From an uncultured delta proteobacterium (GTDB lineage: Bacteria; Desulfobacterota; Binatia; Binatales; Binataceae): DNA of 64,000 nt. The notes below the pieces were generated by a model that searched no databases, was not told the DNA's origin, and saw nothing but the letters and a program-made list of their open reading frames with translations. The DNA lies in NCBI GenBank assembly GCA_963724765.1, contig CAVRVY010000004.1, positions 288,001-352,000 on the forward strand, given 5' to 3'. This document shows, in pieces, positions 50,197-59,894 of the stretch (position 1 is its first letter; each line of letters starts with the position of its first letter). The position numbers and the translations under genes are program-made.

Positions 50197-51039
50197 TCAC
50201 CGGCCTTTGGTTTCGGGCACGCCGATGCCCGCGAGAAAATCGGTGCGCGCCTTCATCGCATCCTCAGCCACGGCTTTGTTGTACGCGTTCATCGTGACGC
50301 GCGCGTCCTCGGTGCACATCACGTCGCGCATCTCGGCGCGCTCGATATAAAGTCCCTCGGCCAGCGGCAGGTCAGCGCCGAGGTAGACTGCACGCTTGAT
50401 CGCGGCGACCGAGCGCGGCGCGCGTTTGGCCAGCGTCCGCGCCCACCCCAACGCGAACGACATCAGCGTGTCCGGCGCGAGCACGCGGTTGACCATACCC
50501 ATCCGTTCGGCGTCGCGTGGCGAATAAACGTTGCCGAACAACATCACCTCGAGCGCCTTTGCCCGCCCGATCAGCCGTGGCAGCCGCTGCGTCCCGCTGC
50601 CACCCGGCAGAATGCCGAGCACCGCCTCGGGCAGCCCGATTTGGTACGGCCCGTCGGCCGCGAGGCGGAAGTCGCAGGCCAGCGAAAGTTCGTAGCCGCC
50701 GCCCATGCAGTCGCCGTTGATCGCCGCAATTACCGCCTTGGGCATCAGCATGATGCGGTCGAGCATCCGATGGTACCCGAGCTCCATCTCGGGGAAGATG
50801 CGGGCGCACTCGGCCGGATCGGCGGCCATCTGCGCCAGCTCGTCGACGCTGTAGTGGGTGATGAACTTGCCTTCGATTCCGCCGGTCAAAATGATGGCGC
50901 GGAGCTCGGCGTCGGCTTCGGCCTTGCCGATGAGCTCAAGCAGCTCGCCGGCGCCTGGCCCGATGAAGTAGTTCATCGGCGGATTGCGATAGGTCCACAC
51001 CTCGACGCGATCGTGACGCTCGACGGTCCAGTGTTTCAT
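50197..51039 (-). CDS. Enoyl-CoA hydratase/isomerase
   Basis: IAAING..GGGYEL.LACD, PE..LGILPG.SGTQRL. Confidence 0.93.
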   Translation of the reverse strand: MKHWTVERHDRVEVWTYRNPPMNYFIGPGAGELLELIGKAEADAELRAIILTGGIEGKFITHYSVDELAQMAADPAECARIFPEMELGYHRMLDRIMLMPKAVIAAINGDCMGGGYELSLACDFRLAADGPYQIGLPEAVLGILPGGSGTQRLPRLIGRAKALEVMLFGNVYSPRDAERMGMVNRVLAPDTLMSFALGWARTLAKRAPRSVAAIKRAVYLGADLPLAEGLYIERAEMRDVMCTEDARVTMNAYNKAVAEDAMKARTDFLAGIGVPETKGR

Positions 51040-51158
51040 GACATATCTCCTCGCCGCTGGCCTAGCTTGCGGGCGCTTCGGCTGTCAAGGCGATTGGGAG
51101 TAGAGTAGTCGCATGGTGCGTGCTCTGACTACCAAACGGCCGACGACGAGGCAAAATC

Positions 51159-51419
51159 ATGAAAGTTGATATCGACCTCAAGGCCGGCTTCCTGCAGAAC
51201 CTCAAGCGCGAGGTGCTGGCGCAGCTCACGCCCGAGGAGCGCGCAGTTATCGAGGTTTCGACCGGAGAGATGGGCAACAAGCCCGATGCGGTCAAGCTCG
51301 GATGGCTCAAGATGCGCACCAAGGAGGGCTGGACCAAGCAGCGCTACACCCGCGCACTGGACCGCGTGATGACGCGGCTTAGGGAACTGGTGGCGGCGGA
51401 ATCGGCGAAGAAGGAATGA
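51159..51419 (+). CDS. Small hypothetical protein
   Basis: GAGG RBS, typical high-GC codon usage. Confidence 0.65.
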   Translation: MKVDIDLKAGFLQNLKREVLAQLTPEERAVIEVSTGEMGNKPDAVKLGWLKMRTKEGWTKQRYTRALDRVMTRLRELVAAESAKKE

Positions 51420-51682
51420 CGCATGATGCGCGCCCAGAAGAGTTCTCAGACCCCTTTCGAAGCGGCCCAGCGCTTGTAGCGCTGTCATCGCGCATCATGC
51501 TTGCGCTACCGAGCGGCGCGCCAATCAACTGCGGTGCGCCCTGGCTGAGATGCCATGACCTCCGTCCATGGAAATGGTTTCGACGCAGACCGATCACTGA
51601 AGGCACCAATTGGTAATGTGGATAACGAACATCGTCGAATGAAAGGTATCTAATCGATTTCTTTTCCTGCGACTCTGGTGAG

Positions 51683-52414
51683 ATGCGCACTAAGAGAATC
51701 TCAGAAGTCCGGGACCTGAAGAAACTCAAAAACATGGCCTGGCTTTCGGCGCAACGGGTCGACAGATTCGCCCGTGCGCTGAACGTGACCACAGTCGAAG
51801 AACGCAAGGTCATTTTCGATGAGAACAATGTTCCCGAGTCCGTCCATATCCTGCTCTCCGGCGTCGCGGGCATCACTTGCCGAAACCGCAAGGGGCAGCG
51901 CAGATTGGTGATCATTGTGGCGCCCGGAATGATTCCCGGATTCCCGGGTCCGGTGAACGGAATCAACTATGACTTCCGCTGCGAGGCGCTCACCAGCTGC
52001 CAGATCGGAAGAATCGATTTGGAGACGTTCATACAAATCTCCCTCGGCATCGAATCGATCGATTTCAAGCGAATGGCGTTCAACTATCTTGGGCGATGGA
52101 ACCTGGTCCAATTGCGTTGCTCGAATTTTATGGGCTGTACCCTCAAGGAACGTCTGGCGCTGGCGTTAATCGAACTCAGCGAAGATTTCGGAATCCGCGA
52201 TAGCGAGGGCTTACGGCTCGGCCTTTCGACGCGCCATAGCGATTTGGCCGAATTGGTGGGAGCCTCGCGGCCGCGGGTCACGGAGCATCTGAGCCAGTTC
52301 GAGAAGGATCGCTTGATCGCACGAAAGGATCATCAGCTGATTGTGCAACGTAGCCGAATCGAGAGCTTTCTGTCTCAGGCGCAAGCCGCCCTGAGCGGCC
52401 GCGGACCCGAATAA
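51683..52414 (+). CDS. Crp/Fnr family transcriptional regulator
   Basis: cNMP-like N-terminus; ERLA..L..L..FG, DLAELVGASRPRVTEHL HTH. Confidence 0.88.
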   Translation: MRTKRISEVRDLKKLKNMAWLSAQRVDRFARALNVTTVEERKVIFDENNVPESVHILLSGVAGITCRNRKGQRRLVIIVAPGMIPGFPGPVNGINYDFRCEALTSCQIGRIDLETFIQISLGIESIDFKRMAFNYLGRWNLVQLRCSNFMGCTLKERLALALIELSEDFGIRDSEGLRLGLSTRHSDLAELVGASRPRVTEHLSQFEKDRLIARKDHQLIVQRSRIESFLSQAQAALSGRGPE

Positions 52415-52520
52415 GTTTCAAGTTGTTGCCGCAGCATTTGCCCGGCCGCTGGACGGCGGCAATAAAATCGAACCGCGCGCAAGGCCTCGGCGCGACCACG
52501 CCCGCGTCTGCTCTAAAGCG

Positions 52521-53705
52521 CTAGGGCTCGATGCGGGCGACGCGGCGTTTGCCGACTTCGAGGATGCGATGCTGGCCGGGGACGAAATGGAAATTGAGGT
52601 CGGTGACGGTCTGACGGTCGACTCTGACGGCCCCCTGCCCCACCAGCCGGCGCGCCTCGTTGGTCGAGGCGGCGAAGCCGAGCTGCTTTAACAACTCGCA
52701 GATCCAGAGCTCCGCGGCGATGCGAAATACCGGCACGTCCTGCGGAACCTCGCGGCGCTGAAACTTGCTCTCGAAGTAGTCGCGCGCGTCGCTGGCGGCG
52801 TCGCTATCGTGATACTCGGCGACGATAGTGGTGGCGAGCCGCTTCTTGGATTCCATCGGATGCGCCTTGCCGGAGCGGATCGCGGCCAGCTCGGCGGGCG
52901 CGGCGTCGGTCAGAAGCTCGAAGTAGCGCGGCATCATCCGGTCCGGAATCGACATCAGCTTGCCGAACATGTCGCGCGGCGCGTCAGTCAGCCCGACCGC
53001 GTTGCCGTAGGACTTCGACATTTTGCGCACGCCGTCGAGCCCCTCGAGCAGCGGCATCGTGATGACGATTTGCGGGAGCTGGTTAAACGCGCGCTGCAGT
53101 TCGCGCGCGACCAGCATGTTGAATTTCTGATCGGTGCCGCCGAGCTCGACGTCGGCGCGCAACGCGACCGAATCGTAACCCTGGACCAGCGGATAGAGCA
53201 GCTCGTGCAGGAACAGCGGCTGTTGCTCGGCGAGGCGCTTTTCGAAGTCGTCGCGCTCGAGCATCCGCGCCACGCTCAGCTTGGCGGCAATTTCGATGAG
53301 GCCGCGGACGTCGAGCTTGTCCATCCATTCGCTGTTGAAGCGGACCTCGGTGAGCGCGGGATCGAGGATTTTCGAGACTTGGCGCTGGTAGGTTTCGGCG
53401 TTAGCGACGATCTGCTCACGCGTGAGCGGCTTGCGCGTCTCAGAGCGCCCGGTCGGATCGCCGATCATCGCGGTGAAGTCGCCGACCAGAAAAATAACGG
53501 TATGCCCGCGGCGCTGGAAATCGCGGAGCTTCTTGAGGGTTACGGAATGGCCCAGGTGCAGGTCGGGCGCGGTCGGATCCATCCCGAGCTTGACCCGCAG
53601 CGGGCGGCCTGCGCGAAGCCTGACCGCCAGTTCCTCGCCGGAGATGACTTCGGAGGCGTTGCGCCCCAGCTCCTGCGCCTGCTCTTTGGCTTCGTTCTCT
53701 TCCAA
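52521..53705 (-). CDS. tyrS: Tyrosine--tRNA ligase
   Basis: DPTAPDLHLGH, QGYDS, GGTDQ, KMSKS, C-terminal S4 domain. Confidence 0.97.
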   Translation of the reverse strand: MEENEAKEQAQELGRNASEVISGEELAVRLRAGRPLRVKLGMDPTAPDLHLGHSVTLKKLRDFQRRGHTVIFLVGDFTAMIGDPTGRSETRKPLTREQIVANAETYQRQVSKILDPALTEVRFNSEWMDKLDVRGLIEIAAKLSVARMLERDDFEKRLAEQQPLFLHELLYPLVQGYDSVALRADVELGGTDQKFNMLVARELQRAFNQLPQIVITMPLLEGLDGVRKMSKSYGNAVGLTDAPRDMFGKLMSIPDRMMPRYFELLTDAAPAELAAIRSGKAHPMESKKRLATTIVAEYHDSDAASDARDYFESKFQRREVPQDVPVFRIAAELWICELLKQLGFAASTNEARRLVGQGAVRVDRQTVTDLNFHFVPGQHRILEVGKRRVARIEP

Positions 53706-53754
53706 CGCGTCCGCTCCGGCCCGGCAACGCCACCGTCCGTTCGTCCGTTTCGAC

Positions 53755-55068
53755 CTAGTGCATCAATTGCGTCAGGCCGTTGGGATTCTGAAACTTCGAG
53801 ATGTTGTCATACTGCGGCGAATAGCGGTCGGCCCACAAATCCTCGCCGTTGGTGTCGGCGGTAAAAACGTGGCTGGCGTGCTGGTCCTGGATGTTCCAGT
53901 ACTGCTCGATGATCCCGCCGCCAAAGTACTGCGGCCCCCACTCCGGATGCAGTTTGTCCTGGCGCGCGCGCAGCCCGATGTTCACGACCTTCCACAGATT
54001 CATGCTCGAGTCGTACAGGTCCTCATGCACGTTGGCGAAGTAGGCCTCGGCCGTGTACATGATGCGCTTGCCGTAGCAGTAGCCCGAGCGCATCGACTCG
54101 ATCCGGCGCACGTCGGTCACCCATACCGGCAGCACTTCCCATTTGCCCCACGACGGTTTCGCCCAACCCAGCGGCATATCGTAGTTGTCCGGGAACTTGC
54201 CCATCGCGGTGGTCATGTCGACCAGCGCGAGAACATTCTGCTCACGGAGGAACTGGCCCTCGAACACTGAAGCGCCGCCGTTCCATCCCACTCGCTGGTC
54301 GTCGTGGGTGACGTCGCTGTCGAACAGCGGCGAGCATCGCGCCGAGGTCGAAAGCCGCATCGTCTGGCGCAGCGACGGGATGAAAACGTAGTCGTCGGGC
54401 AGCCGGGTCACGTCCTGCCAGAACAGCGTCAGGTCGGCCGAGTACTTCGCCTCGTCGGGCACCTCGACCATCAGCCATTCGCCGTACCACGCTCCCATTG
54501 AGCCGGGTTCCGTGTGCGAGATACCCGGGAACCAGTTGTAGGCGAGCTGGCGATAATTGTAGTCGACGCGAGTGCAGGACTTGCTGCCGAACTTGTCCAT
54601 GGTGCAAAACGACGCTGGAGTCCCCGAATCGGGCATGCCGACATAGAGATGGCCGCCGGGACGAAAGGTGACGTCGGCCGCAATTTCGGTCCCCTTGTCG
54701 GGGCCTGACGGATGCGGGAACGGAACGCCCGAGACATAGTTCTCGAGCTTGTAAGCGCCGTTGGGCAACTTCAGGAAGCGGGTCTGCGCGGAGTACTTCT
54801 CCACCGCATCCCAGAAGGGCTTGGGGAGCGGATGCGTGGTCGTCGGGCCGACGTCCATCTCAACGTCGGGTGGCATCTTCCAGCTGAGACTGCCGTCGAA
54901 CAGCGCAGCCATGCCGTCGGGCATGAAAGCTTTGTACTGCCGCCAGTTCTTCAAGGTGATTATGGTGCCGGGCGCAATCGTGTTCTCCGCGGCCTGGGCC
55001 GTTCCGAGACCCAGGCCACATAGCGCCAGGCCGATGATTCCGGGCAACAGTCTGCGAATGCCGCTCAT
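53755..55068 (-). CDS. DUF1329-family secreted protein
   Basis: Signal peptide; PGT.IT..NW.QY, G.PFP.P, D.YVFIPSLR…RLS, Y.YGKR..Y. Confidence 0.8.
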   Translation of the reverse strand: MSGIRRLLPGIIGLALCGLGLGTAQAAENTIAPGTIITLKNWRQYKAFMPDGMAALFDGSLSWKMPPDVEMDVGPTTTHPLPKPFWDAVEKYSAQTRFLKLPNGAYKLENYVSGVPFPHPSGPDKGTEIAADVTFRPGGHLYVGMPDSGTPASFCTMDKFGSKSCTRVDYNYRQLAYNWFPGISHTEPGSMGAWYGEWLMVEVPDEAKYSADLTLFWQDVTRLPDDYVFIPSLRQTMRLSTSARCSPLFDSDVTHDDQRVGWNGGASVFEGQFLREQNVLALVDMTTAMGKFPDNYDMPLGWAKPSWGKWEVLPVWVTDVRRIESMRSGYCYGKRIMYTAEAYFANVHEDLYDSSMNLWKVVNIGLRARQDKLHPEWGPQYFGGGIIEQYWNIQDQHASHVFTADTNGEDLWADRYSPQYDNISKFQNPNGLTQLMH

Positions 55069-55120
55069 GTCGAGGTCCCTCCTTGTTCCTATCGAGGAAA
55101 CTCACGCTCCCGGCGCGCGA

Positions 55121-56020
55121 TTAAACACGGTCGAGCACAATCACCAGGAATACGATCGGCAGATAGAAGAGCGAGGCGAACATCACGCGGCGCGCAGCCG
55201 CGGCGGCGTTCGGTGTGCGCGCGAGCCTTAGCCCGAAAGTCAGCATCATCAGGCCGAGCGCGACCGCTACCAGCAGCGAGACCCGCCCGGCGAATCCCAG
55301 CAGCGTCGGCAACGCGCCCGCCGCGATCAGCGCCATACAATCGAGCAGGATCAGCTTGTCGACCGGATTACCGCGCCCGCCCGCCAGCGGCAGCATACTG
55401 ATACCGGCGCGCGCGTAATCGTTCTGGTAGAGCCGCGCGATCGAGAGCGAATGCGGAAGCTGCCACAGGCACATGATGAGGAAGAGGATCAACGGCTCGA
55501 TGCCGAGCCTCCCGCTGGCCGCGGCCCATCCCGCAACCGGCGGCAGCGCCCCCGGCACCGCACCGACCGCATGGCAAATCCACGACACCCGCTTGAGCGG
55601 CGTGTAGGCGAACAAGTAGAGCAACGCGATGGCAGCGGTTACGGCGGCGGAGAGCAGGTTCGCCGCCACCCACAGCCAGACGCATCCGGCGACCGTCGCG
55701 ACGACGCCGAAGACCAGCGCCTCGGGCGGGCTCAGGCGTCCCTCGGGCAGCGGGCGATGCTGCGTGCGAAGCATCAGCGCGTCGATGCGCCGCTCGAAGT
55801 ACTGGTTGAGCGCGAGCGTGCCGCCGGCGGCGAGCGCCGTGCCGGCGAGCGTATTCAGCGCAAGCCACAAATCGAAGCGCTCGGCGCTGCCGAGGTAGAA
55901 GCCGACCAGCGTGGTCAGTAGAACCATCGCGAGCACGCGCGGCTTGGTCAGTTCAAGATAGGCCGCGGCGCGCTTGCGCGCGCCGCTCACCGGTGCGAGC
56001 GCGACCGCTTCGACGCTCAT
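55121..56020 (-). CDS. ctaB: Protoheme IX farnesyltransferase (heme O synthase)
   Basis: LTKPR, D.LM.RT..RPLP.G, YTPLKR, GA.PGALPP, WQLPH. Confidence 0.95.
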   Translation of the reverse strand: MSVEAVALAPVSGARKRAAAYLELTKPRVLAMVLLTTLVGFYLGSAERFDLWLALNTLAGTALAAGGTLALNQYFERRIDALMLRTQHRPLPEGRLSPPEALVFGVVATVAGCVWLWVAANLLSAAVTAAIALLYLFAYTPLKRVSWICHAVGAVPGALPPVAGWAAASGRLGIEPLILFLIMCLWQLPHSLSIARLYQNDYARAGISMLPLAGGRGNPVDKLILLDCMALIAAGALPTLLGFAGRVSLLVAVALGLMMLTFGLRLARTPNAAAAARRVMFASLFYLPIVFLVIVLDRV

Positions 56021-57075
56021 GCGCCCACCTCGTGCCGCGCCGCCGCGTCCAACCGTGGCGCGCGCACTCGCGCACTATCCGAGACGCCGGCCGCGCGCGC
56101 CGCGTGCTCGAGATGCCACGCGCGCAAGGTCAGTGCGAGACAGGCCGCGAGCACCGCCGCGCCGACCGCAACGTGCGAGGTCGTCGGGATAACCGCGCGG
56201 CGGCTCAGAATCGTCGCCGCGCCGAGGCCTATCTGTATCGCGAGCAGTACCAGCAACCCCAGCGCGGGGCGACGCAACGCCGGCTCATCGCCATACTGCC
56301 GCAGTACGCGCGCGACCGTCCATAGGACCATCGCCGTGACCACCACCGCGCCGCATCGATGGGCGAAGTTGACCGCGATCGGCACCGAGAACATCGGCGG
56401 CACCAGGTGGCCGAAGGCGAGCGGAAAATCGGGAATCGCGAGCCCGGCGTGCATGTGTCGCATCAGCGCGCCGACAATTATCTGAAGATAAATGATTCCT
56501 GTGGTCGTGGCCGCCAGCACCGTCACAGACGGCCGGCCCGACACCCGCGCTACCGGCGTCATAGTCTCCCAGCGCGGGTTGGTGAACAGCGCCATCGCGA
56601 CCATCAGGCAGAAGAACGCTTGCCCGGTCATCGCGTGTGTGACCGCCAACGCAAGCGGCAGGTCGAAGAGCACGGTTATCCCGCCGAGCACGGCCTGCAC
56701 GACCACCAGGGCGAAGGCGGCGAGCGCCGTGTACCTGACCCATGCGCGCCGCTCGGCCATCCAGACCCACAGCGCCAGCGTCAGGGTGAGAATCGAGACC
56801 GTGCCGGCGATCACGCGATGGCCCCACTCGAAGAGCACTCCCGCGCCCCACTGCTGCGGTATCAGGCGGCCGGCGTCGAGCGGCCACGACGGCACTGCCA
56901 TTGCGGAGCCGGTCGAGGTCACCAAGCCTCCGGCGAAAACCAGGACAAAGGTGGCGACGGCAGCGCCGATAGCGAAACGATGGAGCGCCCTCAGCGCGGT
57001 AGGCGTGCGGACCGAGTCGGACGAAGCTTGAGAGTCAGATCGTGTCGTCTGTGAGAACCCGCTCACGTTATTCAA
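56017..57075 (-). CDS. ctaA: Heme A synthase (COX15/CtaA family)
   Basis: GGLVTSTGS, FEWGHR, Q.VLGG.TV, HA..GQ, FAHR, HVA.GA. Confidence 0.9.
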   Translation of the reverse strand: MNNVSGFSQTTRSDSQASSDSVRTPTALRALHRFAIGAAVATFVLVFAGGLVTSTGSAMAVPSWPLDAGRLIPQQWGAGVLFEWGHRVIAGTVSILTLTLALWVWMAERRAWVRYTALAAFALVVVQAVLGGITVLFDLPLALAVTHAMTGQAFFCLMVAMALFTNPRWETMTPVARVSGRPSVTVLAATTTGIIYLQIIVGALMRHMHAGLAIPDFPLAFGHLVPPMFSVPIAVNFAHRCGAVVVTAMVLWTVARVLRQYGDEPALRRPALGLLVLLAIQIGLGAATILSRRAVIPTTSHVAVGAAVLAACLALTLRAWHLEHAARAAGVSDSARVRAPRLDAAARHEVGA

Positions 57076-57261
57076 TTCCCGCCCGCGCGGCGTGCGTCCG
57101 AGCCGCGTGACTGGACCTCATATCATTAGAATCTTGAACAATACGCTCGTCGAAAAACAATCCAGGCTAACGCACGATATCAGCCCCCGCGGACTGTTCC
57201 AAGTTTCCCCGATCGTTTGGCAGCGGGCTCCCCGGCCTATTTTGCCGGCCGATTCTTGGCC

Positions 57262-59646
57262 TCACGCGACCCGCTCGGCAGGGCTTGAGACCTGCGCAGC
57301 CTCCAGTGCCTGAGGCGGTTCAAAGCCACGCGCTACGAACGCTGGCCGCATGATCGAGAAAATCGACGGCACCAGCGTTATCGCCGCCAGCCAGTGCGTG
57401 AGCATCAGCAGCGCCAGCAACAACGCCATCTCGGCCGAGAAACGCAGGCTCGACATCCAGTACCATGGCAGCACACCGCCGACCAGCGTCGTGGCCGTGA
57501 ACGTAACGGCCATCCCGGAGGTGTTGATCGCGCGCTTGATCGCGGCGTCGTAATCGCCGAGCCGCCCGTACTCCCGTTTGATACGGTCCACAACGTACAG
57601 GATGTAATCCACCCCGATACCCATTCCGACCGCGGTCACCGGCAAAGTGTTGATATTGATCCCGACGCCCTTGAGTCCGATGTATAAAAAGCTCACCACG
57701 CCGGCCGCGATGAGCGTCATCAGCACCATCGCGCCCGCGGTCAGCGAGGCGTAACTCAGCGCCACCAGCGTGAAAACTACGGTCAGGATGAGCAACGTGC
57801 TGACGCGGTCGGAATACGCGATTTCGTCGTTGAGCGCCGCGGTCAGGCCGATGCTGCCGCCGGCGAGGACAAATTTCACGTGCGGCATCGGATGGGCCGC
57901 GATGAATTTTTTGGCGCGGCTCAGCGCCTCAAGCACGGTCGAGCCCTCGAGGTCCTTGTAATAGATGACGAACTGGCCGTCGCGGGCCATGTAGTCCATG
58001 TACTGGAAGATGATCGTCGGCGACGGCGACGAGGACTGGTACATGAAGATCATCTGGCCGATGCCGTTCAAATCGTTCGGATACACCTCCCACACGGGAT
58101 CGTTGTAGTGAAAGAGACTGTTCAGCCGCCGTACCAGGCTCGTGATATAGCGGCTGCCGCTCGCCTGCGGCTGTTCGAGCATGTAGTGGCTGAAGTCGTC
58201 GAGCAGGGCGAGCAGCGCCGGATCCTTCATCGCGTTTTCGCGGTCGCCTTCGAGATAGATCACCAGCTCGTTGAAGCCGCCGTAGGAGCGGTTGATGTGG
58301 CGTGAGGAGACGTTGTAGTCGGAATTCTGCCACAAAAGCGGCGATCCCGGCTCTGTATAGCCAATCGGCAGCTTGATCGCCTGCTGAACCCCCAGCGCCA
58401 CGATCACCGCCGCAATTCCGAATACCACCCATCTTCCGCGCCGGCTGGTGCAGCTCTCGCCCACCCAGTGCAGACCCGACGCCATCCAGTGCGGGACGTA
58501 GTGCCTGGTCACCTTAGGCGTGGGCAGGACGTCGAGCAGCAGCGGCAGCAAAATGAGGATAGTGAAAATGTTGGAGAAGCCCCAGAAGCTCGCGAAGAAG
58601 GCGACCTTGCGTACCAGCGGGATGGTGGCGACGCCCAGCACCAGGATGCCTCCGGCGTCGGCGAGGATGCCGATCGCGCCGGGCAAAAAAAGCTCGTCCA
58701 TCGATTTGCGAACGGCCTGATGGCGGTCGCCCGTGCGCTCGAGCTCCTCGAAATAGCGCTCAAGTAACTGCACCCCGTGGCTCGCGGCTCGCGCGGTCAC
58801 CAGCAAGGGAATAACCAGGACCAGCACGTCGAGGTTGTAGCCGAGCAGTCCCAGGAAGCCCAGTCCCCAGATGACCTGCGCCGCCGCTCCGGCGATCGGC
58901 AGCAGCACCCCGTAGGCTCGGCGAAAATAGAGCACCAGCGACACCAGAATGAATAGTCCGGTGACGCCGAAAATTTCCGCCAGCTCGCCCTTGTAGTACC
59001 AGCACCAGGCCTTCAGTACTGGCTCGCCGGTGGCGTACATGACCGTATTGTCGTCTTCCACGGCCCGCTTGATACTCGCCAGGCGCCGATGCATCTCACC
59101 GTAATCCACCTGGCCTTCGTTGAATCCGGCCGTGACCAAAGCGCTGGTGGCGTCGGCCGAAACCAGGAGGCCGTAGGCGAGGCTGTGCAGCACGTCATAT
59201 TTCAGGCGGGCGAGGTCAGCGCTGGAGGTCGGAATCTTGTCGGCCAGGAGCGGCCGCGAGATGATCAATCCGCCGTTAGTCGCAGTAACCTTGCGCGCGT
59301 TAGTGCCGGTGATCGAGTTGATCAGGTTGTGATCGACACCATCCATCAGGTCGAGCTGCTGGTGGATGAATCGGATCTTGTTCAGAGTTTTGTTGGTAAA
59401 AATGTCGCCGCGTTTGACCTGCAGCTCCACGGTCATCACGTTGGCGGTGCCGAAGATCTGCCGGTAGTGGTTGTAAGCGGCGACGTAAGGATGAGCCTGC
59501 GGCAGCAGGTCGCTGAACTTGCTGTACATCCGCACCGCGAGCGCCTGGTAGGCGAAAAAAATCGTCAGCGCCGCAAGGAGCGCGAGCGAAAGCCAGCGAT
59601 GTTTCAGCGTCAGCCGGACAATCGAATGAACCAGGTGTTCAACCAT
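57262..59646 (-). CDS. MMPL/RND-family membrane transporter
   Basis: Two halves each with a large loop and TM helices; SHGVQ, GIGVDY motifs. Confidence 0.88.
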   Translation of the reverse strand: MVEHLVHSIVRLTLKHRWLSLALLAALTIFFAYQALAVRMYSKFSDLLPQAHPYVAAYNHYRQIFGTANVMTVELQVKRGDIFTNKTLNKIRFIHQQLDLMDGVDHNLINSITGTNARKVTATNGGLIISRPLLADKIPTSSADLARLKYDVLHSLAYGLLVSADATSALVTAGFNEGQVDYGEMHRRLASIKRAVEDDNTVMYATGEPVLKAWCWYYKGELAEIFGVTGLFILVSLVLYFRRAYGVLLPIAGAAAQVIWGLGFLGLLGYNLDVLVLVIPLLVTARAASHGVQLLERYFEELERTGDRHQAVRKSMDELFLPGAIGILADAGGILVLGVATIPLVRKVAFFASFWGFSNIFTILILLPLLLDVLPTPKVTRHYVPHWMASGLHWVGESCTSRRGRWVVFGIAAVIVALGVQQAIKLPIGYTEPGSPLLWQNSDYNVSSRHINRSYGGFNELVIYLEGDRENAMKDPALLALLDDFSHYMLEQPQASGSRYITSLVRRLNSLFHYNDPVWEVYPNDLNGIGQMIFMYQSSSPSPTIIFQYMDYMARDGQFVIYYKDLEGSTVLEALSRAKKFIAAHPMPHVKFVLAGGSIGLTAALNDEIAYSDRVSTLLILTVVFTLVALSYASLTAGAMVLMTLIAAGVVSFLYIGLKGVGININTLPVTAVGMGIGVDYILYVVDRIKREYGRLGDYDAAIKRAINTSGMAVTFTATTLVGGVLPWYWMSSLRFSAEMALLLALLMLTHWLAAITLVPSIFSIMRPAFVARGFEPPQALEAAQVSSPAERVA

Positions 59647-59894
59647 CGAAATCCTGTGGTGGAGTCGGGCATCAGCGCATCTTTCCCGAACCTTTCGACC
59701 CAGGCTCAGAGGAGGATGCGAGCAGAACCGAAGCCAGTCGATCGACGTACCATATCAACCCCGGCTAAGGCTCGCCAGTGGTCGGCCAATCGCCGCCGCG
59801 AAAATTCTGCGCACGCTTCAAGCAGGTTTGGCGCGACACCCCGCTTTGAGATAGTAAACTCGATTGCCAGAAGCATGGCGTGGAGGTTTCGCGG

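Noticed and set aside
51650-51663. 14-bp match ctaatcgatttctt shared with ~40120
   Set aside because: At 40120 it is the antitoxin coding end; no extended similarity, likely chance
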